A stretch of 64,000 nt of DNA from Tubiluchus corallicola. Lineage: Eukaryota > Animalia > Priapulida. This document shows positions 63,905 through 64,000 of this stretch, in pieces; the stretch's first letter is position 1, and the number at the start of each line of letters is the position of its first letter. Location of the stretch: assembly GCA_030141605.1 (NCBI GenBank), contig JAQGDQ010000931.1, positions 15,593 through 79,592 of the forward strand, written 5' to 3'. The notes beneath the pieces are model-generated. The model was not told where the DNA came from and made no database searches. It saw nothing but the letters and a program-made list of their open reading frames with translations. The position numbers were made by a program, and so were the translations under genes.

Positions 63905-64000
<96 letters not shown>
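63527..64000 (-). repeat. Inverted duplicate of ~62760-63232, containing an intact copy of NDUFV2 exon 6 (63632-63729)
   Basis: The minus strand reads [32 protein letters not shown] in frame. Confidence 0.92.

Overview
AT-rich animal (invertebrate bilaterian-type) genomic DNA with spliceosomal introns; there is no prokaryotic content. Host genes: the 5' exons of methionine synthase (MTR, +, ~7.4-11.1 kb); the first seven coding exons of MROH1/HEATR7A (-, 46689 to 28019); an intronless HDAC3 (-); and six exons of NDUFV2 (+). The 12.7-kb fifth intron of MROH1 hosts two nested genes, an intronless EGF-trypsin-family protease (-) and a complete ebony-like NRPS (A-PCP-aaNAT-like C-terminal domain, +, 882 aa). 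The amine-binding pocket of this NRPS appears remodelled relative to Drosophila Ebony. Repeats include hAT MITEs with perfect 8-bp TSDs, two solo LTRs, a Gmr1-like Gypsy fragment (gag-PR-IN order), BEL/Pao and CR1/L2 remnants, a tRNA-SINE, and several minisatellites. One minisatellite multiplies an MROH1 exon end together with its splice donor, and two unrelated 136-147-bp arrays share a CTCF-like core. Caveat: an Oxford Nanopore adapter-like sequence lies at 26657-26684, between two fold-back inversions. Four inverted duplications with noisy arms suggest that the contig is chimeric, so the left (MTR) and right (MROH1) halves may not be adjacent in the real genome. All homology calls were made by eye from remembered family motifs; no database search was run.
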